Origin: Candidatus Poribacteria bacterium
Lineage (GTDB): Bacteria > Poribacteria > WGA-4E > PCPOR2b
Length of the DNA: 64,000 nt
Reading direction: 5' to 3'
Assembly: GCA_965208325.1 (NCBI GenBank)
Contig: OZ242326.1
Span: 4,288,001-4,352,000, forward strand
The translations under genes and the position numbers were made by a program. Below the pieces are notes generated by a model. The model was not told the DNA's origin. It did no database searches and saw only the letters and a list, made by a program, of their open reading frames with translations. Shown piece by piece: positions 18,791 to 28,846 of this stretch; positions within the stretch are counted from its first letter, which is position 1, and each line of letters starts with the position of its first letter.

Positions 18791-20584
18791 CTAAACGTTC
18801 GGCGTTTGCGGAAGCCCCGGCTCGACATACAACGTCTTTTCGCGGGTATACGTCACAAAACCGGGCGCGCTGCCTTTGGGTTTAACGACATACCGCGCCC
18901 ACGTATAATCGACCGGAGCATAACTTGTATGGCGCGCCTTGCTGAAAAATGCTGCTATTTGGGCGGCTTGTAGTAGTGTTGGCATTGGAATATCGGGTCT
19001 GTTTTCAGGGTTTCGGATAATCACGTGTGAGCCGTGAATCTGTTTTGCGTGAAGCCACATATCCCGAGCGGTGGCAATCTGGCGGAGAAGGAGGTCATTC
19101 TCCTTGCTATTCCGTCCAACGTACATTTGAAAGCCGTTAGGCGATGTAAACTTGCGGAATGTTGTCTCGCTCATCGCCTTCTTCTTGCCCGCTTTTCTCG
19201 ACTTTATCCATCTCTTTGCCACAAACTCTGTGCGTATTGCGAGAAGTCCTTCCAGTGTGCTCGCCTTCTCAACTTCCAACGCATAAGCCCGTAATACCTC
19301 CTGTTCCGCGGTGTTGTCGGCGATTAACTGAATGATGACGGAACGCCCGCGTTTTGCCTTTGTGTAGCGTTTGAAGTATTGTTGCACATTTTCAGTTGGA
19401 CTGCGTTGTGGAGCGAGTTCAATCTTAAGGGGATTCATTTCCGGGCTGTAATAATTCTTTACCTCGACGCACGTTTGCCCGCGTTTGATACGGTGTAGAT
19501 TTGCGGTGAGAAGCTCGCCCTTTATCCGATAATCATCAGCCTTTTCTGAATCCGCCAAATCCTGGTGCAGCAAGACTAGCTTCCGATCGATTGCAGTGCT
19601 CAGTTTGTCCAAAACTTGGTTCAGTGCCTGCCGTTCCAACTTAATTGCCTCAACACGGCCTATCGTGTCGTAGTAGGCGCGGATTGCCTCATTCATGGTT
19701 TCGAATGGAATGCTTTCGGTATCCGGGAATTGCCGCAACGGCAGCGCGGATACGGCGACAAGTTGGCTGCTATCGTTGAGTAATTCAAGGGCCGCTCTTG
19801 GCTCGGGCATAACGGCTCCATCGGGTCTAGTGCCTTCATCAGAGTTCGCAATCAGTATCTGCGGCTGGCTGTGCAATGGATTGAACGGAACAATAATCTG
19901 CTGGTATGCCTCCCACAACTGATTGGGAGTTGGACTATCGCCGGCGCGCACAATTATCTCTTTAGCGAGCGCCGGGCTTAGGCCATCGATTCGATTGAAT
20001 AGCAATTTCCAGTTGATTTCGCTCTGATTTTCAATCAAGGCAGCAAACGTCCCATAATTCAGCGTCAGCGGAGGCAACTTCTCCTGGCTCGGCGGGAGCG
20101 TGTAATTTAAGCCCGGCAAAATCTCGCGATACCGGCTCACTGTTCCGTCAATGTGCTTGATGCTCTCAAGGATTTTGCCGGTGGCTTCGTCAACCAGAAT
20201 GATGTTACTATGTTTGCCCATAAGCTCTGCGAAGATTGAACGGAGCGACGGATCAATTACATCGGATTTAAGTTCGATAGTGATTTTTAGCACGCGATCC
20301 CAGCCCATCTGTTCGATGGCGGTGATTTTTCCACGGGCGATGTGCTTCATCAAAAAACCCGCAAAATGCGAATCTTCATGTACGTTCGAGGGCCGCTCTA
20401 TCAGATGCGTTCGCGCCTCAACGGGATGTGCTGAAATGAGCAGGCGGTAGGTTTCGGCTTTCTGAGAAACCTTGAGGACAATACTCTGGCGGCCCAACTG
20501 CTCAATATGACGAATCTGCCCGTTGAGAATTGTACCTCGAAGTTCATGAACCACAAGACGTAAAGCTAAGCTATCGAACGACAT
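18791..20584 (-). CDS. rqcH: Ribosome quality control protein RqcH (FbpA/NFACT family)
   Basis: MSFDS, ELMGKHSNIILVD, GELLTANL, YVGRNSKEND, WLHAKQIHGSHV, KPKGSAPGFVTY. Confidence 0.92.
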   Translation of the reverse strand: MSFDSLALRLVVHELRGTILNGQIRHIEQLGRQSIVLKVSQKAETYRLLISAHPVEARTHLIERPSNVHEDSHFAGFLMKHIARGKITAIEQMGWDRVLKITIELKSDVIDPSLRSIFAELMGKHSNIILVDEATGKILESIKHIDGTVSRYREILPGLNYTLPPSQEKLPPLTLNYGTFAALIENQSEINWKLLFNRIDGLSPALAKEIIVRAGDSPTPNQLWEAYQQIIVPFNPLHSQPQILIANSDEGTRPDGAVMPEPRAALELLNDSSQLVAVSALPLRQFPDTESIPFETMNEAIRAYYDTIGRVEAIKLERQALNQVLDKLSTAIDRKLVLLHQDLADSEKADDYRIKGELLTANLHRIKRGQTCVEVKNYYSPEMNPLKIELAPQRSPTENVQQYFKRYTKAKRGRSVIIQLIADNTAEQEVLRAYALEVEKASTLEGLLAIRTEFVAKRWIKSRKAGKKKAMSETTFRKFTSPNGFQMYVGRNSKENDLLLRQIATARDMWLHAKQIHGSHVIIRNPENRPDIPMPTLLQAAQIAAFFSKARHTSYAPVDYTWARYVVKPKGSAPGFVTYTREKTLYVEPGLPQTPNV

Positions 20585-20703
20585 GGTGCATACCTCTTAA
20601 GCGGCCGGCAAAAATGCTAGAGTTTTTGCAAGAAGATAAGCATGCGATGCGGTTTTTGTTGAGGATACCTGCACGCTGTAGGTTCTGAAATCGTGCAGGA
20701 TTG

Positions 20704-21591
20704 TTATTTGCTGTCCAATCCCAATTGCCCAGTCAAATCGTCGACAAATTGCCGGGCAACGCGGCCCGAACGTCCGCTTGATGCAGTTTCCCATTCCAAG
20801 GCGGCGCGATGGAGGTCGTCCATCGGCATGGACAACCCTTCTTTTTGGGCATAATGTGAAACGATTTTCAGATAAGTGTCTTGCGTGATGCGGTAAAAAA
20901 CCAGCCTTAACCCAAATCGATCGCTCAAGGACACCTTCTCCTCGGTTGATTCGCGCGGGTATAACTCATCTTCATCGCTGCTCGGGAACTGATTTTCGCC
21001 GACCCGCCGTGGCATCAGATGCCGGCGATTTGATGTTGCATAAATGATGGTGTTTTTAGGGCGGGCGGCGATACCGCCTTCCAGCATGGCTTTCAGCTCC
21101 CTGTATGCCGCTTCCCCTTCGCTGAAGGAAAGGTCATCGCAAAAGAGGATGTATCGTTCAGGTCGCCCCCACAACAGGTCCGTAATCTCCTGCAGGTGAA
21201 GTAACCCCTCCTTATTCACTTCGATGAGCCGCAAACCGTCCGACGCGTAGCGATGGAGTATGCCCTTGACCAGCGACGATTTACCTGTGCCGCGATCGCC
21301 CCAGAGTAAGACGTGGTTCGCAGGTAGGCCGCGAAGAAACTGCAGCGTATTTCGATTCAAGATTTCCATCTGCCGCTCAATGTCAATTAGATCGGCGATG
21401 TCAACGAGGTCAGGACGTTTGACGGGAATCAAATGCCCCCACCCATCGTGGTTTTTCCACCTAAAAGCGATGTATTTGTCAAGGGAATTGGTGGAATATT
21501 GAGACGACTCCGCCTTTTTAGCCAATAGCGGCTCCACGCTGTCAATGAGCCGCTCCAGGCGAGAAATAACCCTTTCCCAGTTGTCAGCCAT
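20704..21591 (-). CDS. DUF815-family AAA+ ATP-binding protein
   Basis: WGDRGTGKSSLVK, FCDDLSF, YATSNRRHL, EEKVSLSDRFGL, RSGRVARQF. Confidence 0.9.
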   Translation of the reverse strand: MADNWERVISRLERLIDSVEPLLAKKAESSQYSTNSLDKYIAFRWKNHDGWGHLIPVKRPDLVDIADLIDIERQMEILNRNTLQFLRGLPANHVLLWGDRGTGKSSLVKGILHRYASDGLRLIEVNKEGLLHLQEITDLLWGRPERYILFCDDLSFSEGEAAYRELKAMLEGGIAARPKNTIIYATSNRRHLMPRRVGENQFPSSDEDELYPRESTEEKVSLSDRFGLRLVFYRITQDTYLKIVSHYAQKEGLSMPMDDLHRAALEWETASSGRSGRVARQFVDDLTGQLGLDSK

Positions 21592-21710
21592 ATTTCCGAT
21601 GATTCTAACCTTCTTGATGTTTTGTGTGTATCTCGATTATACCATAAATGAACCTTGCACCCAAAAACAAAAAACACGAAGTGGAACCTCATACAAAATT
21701 CCCCCTTCGC

Positions 21711-21739
21711 TTGACAAGGGTGGGCAAATACAGTATAAT
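21711..21739 (+). promoter_or_regulatory. sigma70 promoter upstream of argF
   Basis: TTGACA, 17 bp, TATAAT; implies a ~205-nt leader. Confidence 0.7.
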
Positions 21740-21952
21740 CATCGTCATCTTTGCCTACGCAATGCCCCTTGGATTTGGCGCGAAACTTCTGCTAAATTCA
21801 CGTTTCTGCACCCCCGCAATTAGAGGCGTTTCGCGATTTCAGGTGTTGCCCAAGAGGAAAAATTCAAAACGCAGCGGGCGCACCTCAAGGACATGTTCTA
21901 ATGGCTCGAACTCACGCGGCGATGCGTTGCGTTATTTGCACTGGAGGCTATC

Positions 21953-22873
21953 ATGCATCTAATTACGCTTAAAGACTGGTCTAATGCAGGTGTAATGGAA
22001 GTTGTAGAAAACAGCATCGCTATCAAAAAACACCCGGGACAATACGCGGACGCCATGAACGGGCGGAGCCTTGCCTTGCTCTTTCAGAAAACCTCCACAC
22101 GGACACGTTGCGCCGGAGAGGCGGGCATGGCGCAATTGGGTGGACACGGCATGTATCTCGACTGGCAAACCACGAATTTCACCCTAGCTGATTTAGGCGA
22201 TGAAATTCGGGTGCTGTCAACTTATGCGGATATAATCCTTGCCCGTTTCTTGAAGCATGCAGATGTCGTGCGTGCAGCCGAGTGCGCAACAATTCCCGTC
22301 ATAAACGGGTGCTGCGATCGATACCACCCGACCCAGGCATTGGGCGATCTCATGACAATACAGGAAAAGCTAGGGCGCTTAGAAGGTGTTAAACTCACCT
22401 ATGTCGGGGTACATAATAACGTTTGCAATTCTCTGATTGCTGCTGGCCTTAACGTAGGCATGGAAGTGACCGCAGTTACGCCCGAAATCAATCCGGCGGC
22501 AGTCGATGAGCCGCTGTTTGAGGATGCACGCAAAGCAGGTTGCTTCGCGGTGTCAGATCAACTGCAGGCAGCAATCGCAAAGAGTGACGTTGTTTATACG
22601 GATACGTGGATTGATATGGAGTTTTTTCTGGATTCGGGGTTCAAAGCGGAAAAAGAGCGGCGTATCCAGTTATTTATGCCCTATCAGTTGAACCGGGAAT
22701 TGTTGGATGGCCACGATGTTTTAATTATGCACTGCCTTGCTGCCCATCGCGGCTACGAAATTTCTGACGACATCATGGACGATCCACGGTCAATTGTTTT
22801 TGAGCAAGCGGAGAACCGGCTTCATAGTATGAAAGCCCTGATGCTGAAGATTTTAGAGACGAATAATGAGTAA
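21953..22873 (+). CDS. argF: Ornithine carbamoyltransferase (variant motifs)
   Basis: FQKTSTRTR carbamoyl-phosphate motif, HPTQALGD, MHCLA, FEQAENRLH. Confidence 0.85.
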   Translation: MHLITLKDWSNAGVMEVVENSIAIKKHPGQYADAMNGRSLALLFQKTSTRTRCAGEAGMAQLGGHGMYLDWQTTNFTLADLGDEIRVLSTYADIILARFLKHADVVRAAECATIPVINGCCDRYHPTQALGDLMTIQEKLGRLEGVKLTYVGVHNNVCNSLIAAGLNVGMEVTAVTPEINPAAVDEPLFEDARKAGCFAVSDQLQAAIAKSDVVYTDTWIDMEFFLDSGFKAEKERRIQLFMPYQLNRELLDGHDVLIMHCLAAHRGYEISDDIMDDPRSIVFEQAENRLHSMKALMLKILETNNE

Positions 22874-22902
22874 AGAGTAATGAGTAAAGAGTAATGCGTA
22901 AA
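22864..22902 (+). repeat. Heptamer tandem repeat (TAATGAG/TAAAGAG/TAATGCG, ~5.5 units)
   Basis: Read directly; overlaps the argF stop codon. Confidence 0.85.
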
Positions 22903-22930
22903 TTACCCATAAACTGATAAAATTCCAGAT

Positions 22931-23806
22931 TTGCACATGTCCCAATCTTCCCTCATTCCTATCAGAACCCGCGATGAAATCGAAGTTGACAAGTTGTTAA
23001 CCACGATTCAAGCAAAGCGGGATCAGGTCGCCGAAATGACCCTTGAGCTAGAGGAACTCAAGCTGGATGTTCGCCGGTTTGAGAGCGAATATAATGCGCG
23101 CGTTGGCCGATATTATATTGAGCTCGACAAAGTTGACCTCTTGACCAAGGAACAGAGGCTGCGGCTGCGACTATTGGAAGAGGGCGTATCCCCCGATAGT
23201 CCGGAAATGGAAAAACGGATTGAATCCTGTTTCCGTTCGGAACGTATTCGGTTGGCTGATTATGAACGGGAGATAGACTCGGATGAAGATGACTTCAACA
23301 CGCCGAAAGCCCTGTCAATTCCACCGGAACAGATGAAGCAGCTTCGCGGGCTTTATCTCGGGCTGGCAAAGACATACCACCCGGACAAGGCGAATTGTGA
23401 TGGCGAACAAGATGAACGGAAGCGGATGATGCTGCTGATTAATCGTGCTTACGAGGATCGAGATATTCAGACGCTCAAGCGAATAAACATTAAGATTGAA
23501 CCCGAAATCGAATCAGTTGAGGAGACAACACAGCAGCGCAGGACACGGCTGTCACAGGAAATGAATCGGCTGATGCGTGTCCTAGGCGAATTGCGTCTAG
23601 AAATCAATAGAATTAAATCGAGCAAGACATATCATTTCAAACAGGAAGTAAAACAATCCCGTGAAAGCGGCGCCGATCTCTTGGCCAGCCTGGTTAGGGA
23701 CTTGCAGCAGAAGATTAATGCCAACAAACGGCGGTTAACGGTTTTGATTGAACAATTCCAGCAATTCAGTCGAAAGTTGATGAATAATCAGGAAAATGTC
23801 CTATAG
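22931..23806 (+). CDS. Coiled-coil protein with central J-domain
   Basis: LRGLYLGLAKTYHPDK...MLLINRAYE; coiled coils on both sides; start may be ATG 22937. Confidence 0.8.
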   Translation: MHMSQSSLIPIRTRDEIEVDKLLTTIQAKRDQVAEMTLELEELKLDVRRFESEYNARVGRYYIELDKVDLLTKEQRLRLRLLEEGVSPDSPEMEKRIESCFRSERIRLADYEREIDSDEDDFNTPKALSIPPEQMKQLRGLYLGLAKTYHPDKANCDGEQDERKRMMLLINRAYEDRDIQTLKRINIKIEPEIESVEETTQQRRTRLSQEMNRLMRVLGELRLEINRIKSSKTYHFKQEVKQSRESGADLLASLVRDLQQKINANKRRLTVLIEQFQQFSRKLMNNQENVL

Positions 23807-24033
23807 TCCGCCTGCCGCTGCAATAGAGAAATTTTGCACCTATTGAAGCAAATTGGGCGATAGCCGCTTGTCTGAAATCTAGCAGCCTCTGCAAAAACGC
23901 TTGGATTTAATTGTTCAATGTGTTATAATTTCAATTATTGTCGCGCAGTTGATTTCAATATGTATCTGCGTTTGGACTGAAGACATTCAACCCAAAATCA
24001 AAAATAATATCTATTTTCAAGGAGGCATGAATA

Positions 24034-24648
24034 ATGGCACATGAACTACCCGCGTTGCCGTATGCGCACGATGCTTTAGAACCACATATAGATGCGCGAA
24101 CCATGGAAATCCATCACGGCAAGCATCATCAAACCTATGTCAACAACGTCAATGATGCTCTTGATGGGCTGGATGACCTTGCGGCGTTGCCCATTGAGGA
24201 GTTGCTTCGTAACATCGACAGTGTACCGGAGGCAAAACGGCAAGCCGTCATTAACAATGGCGGCGGTCATGCCAACCACTCACTCTTTTGGACGATTATG
24301 GGGTCCGACAGCGGGGGCGACCCGAGCGGCGACCTTGCTGCTGCGATTGACTCCGCATTTGGATCGAGCGATGAGGCGTACGGAACGTTTGCCAAGGCAG
24401 CAGCCACCCGTTTTGGATCCGGTTGGGCTTGGTTGGTCGTTGATGAGACAGGTGGACTGCAAATTTACTCAACCGCAAATCAAGATAGTCCGCTCATGCA
24501 GGGCCATACTCCGATACTTGGCGTCGATGTCTGGGAACATGCTTACTATCTGAATTATCAGAATAGACGACCGGACTATGTGGCAGCCTTTGCTAACGTT
24601 ATCAACTGGGATGAGGTTGCAAGGCGGTATGCGGCTGCGAAAGGCTAG
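24034..24648 (+). CDS. sodA: Superoxide dismutase, Mn-type
   Basis: [47 protein letters not shown]. Confidence 0.95.
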   Translation: MAHELPALPYAHDALEPHIDARTMEIHHGKHHQTYVNNVNDALDGLDDLAALPIEELLRNIDSVPEAKRQAVINNGGGHANHSLFWTIMGSDSGGDPSGDLAAAIDSAFGSSDEAYGTFAKAAATRFGSGWAWLVVDETGGLQIYSTANQDSPLMQGHTPILGVDVWEHAYYLNYQNRRPDYVAAFANVINWDEVARRYAAAKG

Positions 24649-24702
24649 TTGATTCGTCAAAAGAGAGATGGATAGATCAACTCTTGAATTTTTGCAAATA
24701 AC

Positions 24703-24731
24703 TTGACATCTCTCATCGCCTTATGTATACT
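24703..24731 (+). promoter_or_regulatory. sigma70 promoter of the ilv leader
   Basis: TTGACA, 17 bp, TATACT. Confidence 0.75.
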
Positions 24732-24759
24732 TAATAGAAATACTTGAATTTCATACGGC

Positions 24760-25035
24760 AAATACGATGAAGGGGAGGAGTAGGCTGCCAAGCCTTGACA
24801 GAGCGGGAAATCCACCTGCTGAGAGATTTCCTCAAGCGCTGCAGCTGAACGTCGCCCTGGAGTTGCTAGCCCGAAAATACAACGTAGGGTTAGACGGTTG
24901 ATGCCCGTCACCGCATCCCAATGAGTGCCCTTTTTGAAAGCGAAGCTTAACAGAGAGGGAATTGGAGTGGTACCGCGGCAAGATCTTCGAAAGAAGCCCT
25001 TTTCGTCTCCAAGTTGGAACGAGAAGGGCTTTTTT
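24760..25035 (+). promoter_or_regulatory. T-box riboswitch (transcriptional), probable Val (GUC) specifier
   Basis: GA motif, AGTA box, CAGAG and GCTGAGA loops; GAA-C-GTC-G specifier (24851-24853); stem II; CCGTCA; T-box AATTGGAGTGGTACCGCG; terminator AAGCCCTTTTCGT...ACGAGAAGGGCTTTTTT. Confidence 0.92.
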
Positions 25036-25164
25036 GATTCAAGTCACTCACTATGTTTCCGGAACGCTGGGGAATATAGTTCCGATTCCGTTTTGAATGG
25101 CCGCGGGAAAGTCGTATTTAGTGAACTCAATGTAGTATCAATTCTAGAAGAGGGCGAGGAAACG

Positions 25165-26844
25165 ATGGAACAGATGCGAGGTGCACAACTCCTTATCGAA
25201 AGTCTTCGGCGAGAAGGCGTCGAGTACATTTTTGGACTTAACGGGGGCGCAGCGATGCCAATCTTTGATGCGCTCTACGATGCGCAGGGTATCAAGCTCA
25301 TCCCGATGCGGCACGAACAGGGTGCAGTGCACGCCGCTGACGGTTATGCGCGCGCAACGGGAATCGTGGGTGTTGTGCTTGCCACTTCGGGTCCCGGTGC
25401 GACAAACCTTGTCACTGGCATTGCTACGGCTTATATGGATTCTATTCCAATGGTGGCAATCACAGGGCAGGTATTCACCCATTTGATGGGCAATGACGCC
25501 TTCCAAGAATGTGATATCATTGGGGTAACACGTCCGGTCTGTAAGCACAGCTTCTTAATTAAATCAAGCGACGAGGTCGCAGAAATTGTGGCGGAAGCCT
25601 TCCACATTGCTAGCACAGGGAGACCGGGGCCTGTTGTCGTTGATTTCGCGAAGGACGCTCAAATCAGTGAGTCCATATTCAGATATCCGGAGTCGGTCAA
25701 TATTCGAGGCTACAAACCCAGCGTCGATGGACACCCACGGCAGATTGCCAAAGCCGTTGACCTGATCCACAACGCCGAGCGCCCCATAATTTACGCTGGA
25801 GGCGGTGTTGTTCTCTCCGACGCTAGCGAAGAATTGCGCGAATTGGCAATCAAAACCGGTATTCCCATCACGGTAACGCTCATGGGGCTAGGTGCATTTC
25901 CCGAAACTCACCCGCTGTCAATGGAGATGCCGGGCATGCACGGCTCTTGCTGCGCAAACTATGCGTTTACGGACGCCGACCTCCTTATTGCGGTGGGGGC
26001 GCGGTTCGACGATCGGGTCACAGGCGACCTAAGCAAATTTGCTAAGAAGGCGAAGAAAATTCAAATTGATATCGATCCCTCCTGTATCGGCAAGAATGTT
26101 CCGATAGATGTTCCCATAGTGGGTGATGCCAAACGCGTATTGGCGAAGATGAATCAGCACGTGCATCACGTGGACATTGAGCCGTGGATACGCCAAACTG
26201 ATGAGTGGAAGGAAAAATATCCCTTCGAGTATCAACAAAGAGGGGATAAGATTATGCCGCAGTTTGTGATTGAGCAAATCTATGATGTCTTTCCCGATGC
26301 GGTTGTCGTCGGGGACGTGGGACAACATCAGATGTGGGCAGCGCAATATTTCAAATTTACCCAGCCGCGGCAGTGGTTGAACTCGGGCGGACTCGGAACT
26401 ATGGGGTTCAGTTTGCCCGCGGCGATTGGCGCGCAACTCGGATGTCCGGACAAAACTATTGTGAACATTAATGGAGACGGTTCTTACATCATGACAATTC
26501 AAGAACTTGTTCCTGCTGTCACGCTGAAACTTCCGCTCAAGATTTTCATCATTAACAATATGTATCTCGGTATGGTGCGGCAGTGGCAAGAACTCTTCCA
26601 CGAAAAACGGTATGCGGCGGTCGATTACCACGATAACCCCGACTTTGCGCTGCTTGCTCAAGCGTTCGGCGCAACAGGCCTCCGCGTCGATCGGATTGAA
26701 GATGTTCGACCAGCGTTGGAAAAGTCGAAACATATTGATGATGGTCCCGTGGTTATTGACTTCATTGTTGATGAAGATGAGAACGTGTTCCCAATGGTCC
26801 CCGCAGGTGCGGGACTCGGCGATGTCATACGAGGTTTAGCATAA
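25165..26844 (+). CDS. ilvB: Acetolactate synthase large subunit
   Basis: RHEQGAVHAADGYARATG, TSGPGATN, VGQHQMWAAQ, GDGSY...NNMYLGMVRQWQ. Start set at ATG 25165 after GAGGA; the longer ORF runs through the T-box. Confidence 0.96.
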   Translation: MEQMRGAQLLIESLRREGVEYIFGLNGGAAMPIFDALYDAQGIKLIPMRHEQGAVHAADGYARATGIVGVVLATSGPGATNLVTGIATAYMDSIPMVAITGQVFTHLMGNDAFQECDIIGVTRPVCKHSFLIKSSDEVAEIVAEAFHIASTGRPGPVVVDFAKDAQISESIFRYPESVNIRGYKPSVDGHPRQIAKAVDLIHNAERPIIYAGGGVVLSDASEELRELAIKTGIPITVTLMGLGAFPETHPLSMEMPGMHGSCCANYAFTDADLLIAVGARFDDRVTGDLSKFAKKAKKIQIDIDPSCIGKNVPIDVPIVGDAKRVLAKMNQHVHHVDIEPWIRQTDEWKEKYPFEYQQRGDKIMPQFVIEQIYDVFPDAVVVGDVGQHQMWAAQYFKFTQPRQWLNSGGLGTMGFSLPAAIGAQLGCPDKTIVNINGDGSYIMTIQELVPAVTLKLPLKIFIINNMYLGMVRQWQELFHEKRYAAVDYHDNPDFALLAQAFGATGLRVDRIEDVRPALEKSKHIDDGPVVIDFIVDEDENVFPMVPAGAGLGDVIRGLA

Positions 26845-27335
26845 TGGTTGAGGAGAGACACATCTTTTCTGTTCTCGTTGAAAATCGATTCGGCGTACTC
26901 GCGAGGATTGCGGGGTTATTTAGTGGTCGAGGATACAACATTGATAGCCTAAATGTCGCCGAGACGGACGATCCAGGCGTTTCCCACATGACAATCGTTA
27001 CACATGGCGATGCGCAAATTGTCGAACAGATATACAAACATCTAAATAAGCTAATTGACGTAATAAAGGTGACCGATCTTACCGCTGAAAACCACGTTGA
27101 GCGGGAGCTAGTCTTGATTAAGATGAATGCAACACCCAATCGGCGTGGAGAGATTCTTCAAATTATGGAGATTTTCCGCGCACGTGCGGTTGATGTTAGC
27201 CCCGCAACATTGACGATTGAGGTCACCGGTGACGAAGGTAAGCTGAAGGCTGTGGTTGACATGCTGCGTCCGTATGGAATTCAAGAATTGGTCCGCACGG
27301 GAAAAATCGCAATCATGCGCGGGGCAGCGAAGTAA
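26844..27335 (+). CDS. ilvN: Acetolactate synthase regulatory subunit
   Basis: VLVENRFGVLARIAGLFSGRGYNIDSL ACT domain; ELVRTG. Confidence 0.96.
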   Translation: MVEERHIFSVLVENRFGVLARIAGLFSGRGYNIDSLNVAETDDPGVSHMTIVTHGDAQIVEQIYKHLNKLIDVIKVTDLTAENHVERELVLIKMNATPNRRGEILQIMEIFRARAVDVSPATLTIEVTGDEGKLKAVVDMLRPYGIQELVRTGKIAIMRGAAK

Positions 27336-27392
27336 TTGATGATTGGCCGTCGGCACTGCCGATTTTCAATTGTCAGTTGAAAGGAGCGTTTT

Positions 27393-28385
27393 ATGGCAAC
27401 AATTTACTACGATACGGATGCGAATTTTGATGTACTCAAAGAGAAGACGATTGCCATCATCGGCTATGGGGCTCAAGGTCGTGCACAAGCGTTGAACCTA
27501 AAAGACAGTGGTGCGAATGTCCGGGTGGGGTTGCGCCCAACCAGCCGGTCGTGCGAACAAGTGGAAGCGGATGGGCTGACTGTCAGCAGCGTTGAAGAAG
27601 CTGCTAGCGCAGGCGAAATTGTCCAGATTCTCATCCCGGATGAGCTGCACGCTACGGTGTATAAAACGGAAATCGAGCCGAACATGCAAGCCGGGAATAT
27701 GCTGATGGTTTCGCACGGCTTCAGCATCCACTTTGGACAGATTCTTCCCTTGGAAAATATTGACGTGACGATGATTGCGCCGAAAGCACCGGGCGATCTA
27801 GTAAGGGATGAATTTGTGGCGGGCGGCGGGACACCATGTCTAATCGCTATCCATCAAGATATCACCGGCCATGCGAGAGATGTTGCACTGGCCTATGCAA
27901 AAGGAATTGGCGGCACGCGGGCGGGTGTAATTGAAACCACTTTTCGTGAAGAAACAGAAACAGACTTATTCGGCGAGCAGGCGGTGCTTTGCGGCGGCAC
28001 ATCGGCACTCATCAAAGCCGCATTCGATACGCTGGTCGAAGCGGGGTATCAACCGGAAATGGCGTACTTTGAATGCCTGCACGAGTTGAAACTCATTGTT
28101 GACCTTATCTACACTGGCGGGCTAAATAAGATGCGCCGCGTTGTCAGCAATACAGCGGAGTTCGGCGACCTCACCCGCGGGCCTCGCGTTGTTGATGACA
28201 ACGTACGGGAACGTATGCGAGAGCTTCTCAAAGAGGTGCAGAGCGGGAAATTCGCGCGGGAGTGGGTGCTGGAAAACCAAGCCAATCAGCCCGTCCTGCA
28301 AGCCTTGCGCCGCAGTGAATCAGAGTTGCCAATTGAAAAGGTTGGAAAAGACCTGCGCAGTATGATGAGTTGGATTGAAGAGTAA
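27393..28385 (+). CDS. ilvC: Ketol-acid reductoisomerase
   Basis: [39 protein letters not shown]. Confidence 0.97.
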   Translation: MATIYYDTDANFDVLKEKTIAIIGYGAQGRAQALNLKDSGANVRVGLRPTSRSCEQVEADGLTVSSVEEAASAGEIVQILIPDELHATVYKTEIEPNMQAGNMLMVSHGFSIHFGQILPLENIDVTMIAPKAPGDLVRDEFVAGGGTPCLIAIHQDITGHARDVALAYAKGIGGTRAGVIETTFREETETDLFGEQAVLCGGTSALIKAAFDTLVEAGYQPEMAYFECLHELKLIVDLIYTGGLNKMRRVVSNTAEFGDLTRGPRVVDDNVRERMRELLKEVQSGKFAREWVLENQANQPVLQALRRSESELPIEKVGKDLRSMMSWIEE

Positions 28386-28439
28386 AAACCCGTTGGGCAC
28401 GCAGCGAATTTCACCCTTTCGCTATATTAGCGCTAACTA

Positions 28440-28718
28440 GGGCGTGTTGACATTTATGTAAAACGGCCTGTAATCGTAGGGGATCAACCGAGTGAATAGC
28501 GAGGGCGATAGTGTTTATCAGGTTACCTCGCCCATTGACCAACGCGGGCAGGGAACTTCCAACCATACAGATTGAGTCGATTTTGGTCAAACAACCTACA
28601 GCAGTCCAAAATCGTATCTGATTCTGACAAAAGGGTTGGGGAACCCAACCCCTACGAAGCGTCATGTGTATGTGCACCGTTCTTGATTGTCCAGTTGCGA
28701 TGAAATGTCAACAGAACC
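28440..28718. mobile_element. 279-bp non-autonomous element (MITE-like) flanked by TA in a CTAG context
   Basis: Left GGGCGTGTTGACATTT and right AAATGTCAACAGAACC are inverted repeats with an 11-bp perfect core; TA at 28438-39 and 28719-20; no transposase inside. Confidence 0.7.
28475..28656. repeat. REPIN-like pair of GTAG-type REPs nested in the MITE
   Basis: CGTAGGGG at 28475 and GGGTTGGGGAACCCAACCCCTACG (hairpin plus CTAC) at 28633-28656. Confidence 0.65.
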
Positions 28719-28846
28719 TAGTCTGATTAGCGGGTTTTTACTGGAGCGCAGGACCTCAACCAGCTCGAGCTAAACTGGTTTCCCCTTGCCGCATCCTGCG
28801 TTTCCAAAACACTTGTATCATTCACAGATTCATTGTATAATAAGCC

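Noticed and set aside
21953..22873. This transcarbamylase as the missing PyrB
   Set aside because: Has OTCase-type HCL and QAENR motifs and lacks ATCase RxQxER.
23923..23940. PerR/Fur box at the sodA promoter (TTATAATTTCAATTATT)
   Set aside because: Half-site spacing does not fit the 7-1-7 consensus; largely explained by the -10 element.
24925..25164. 80-aa N-terminal extension of IlvB in the ORF track
   Set aside because: Overlaps the T-box antiterminator and terminator; ATG 25165 has an RBS and matches the normal IlvB start.
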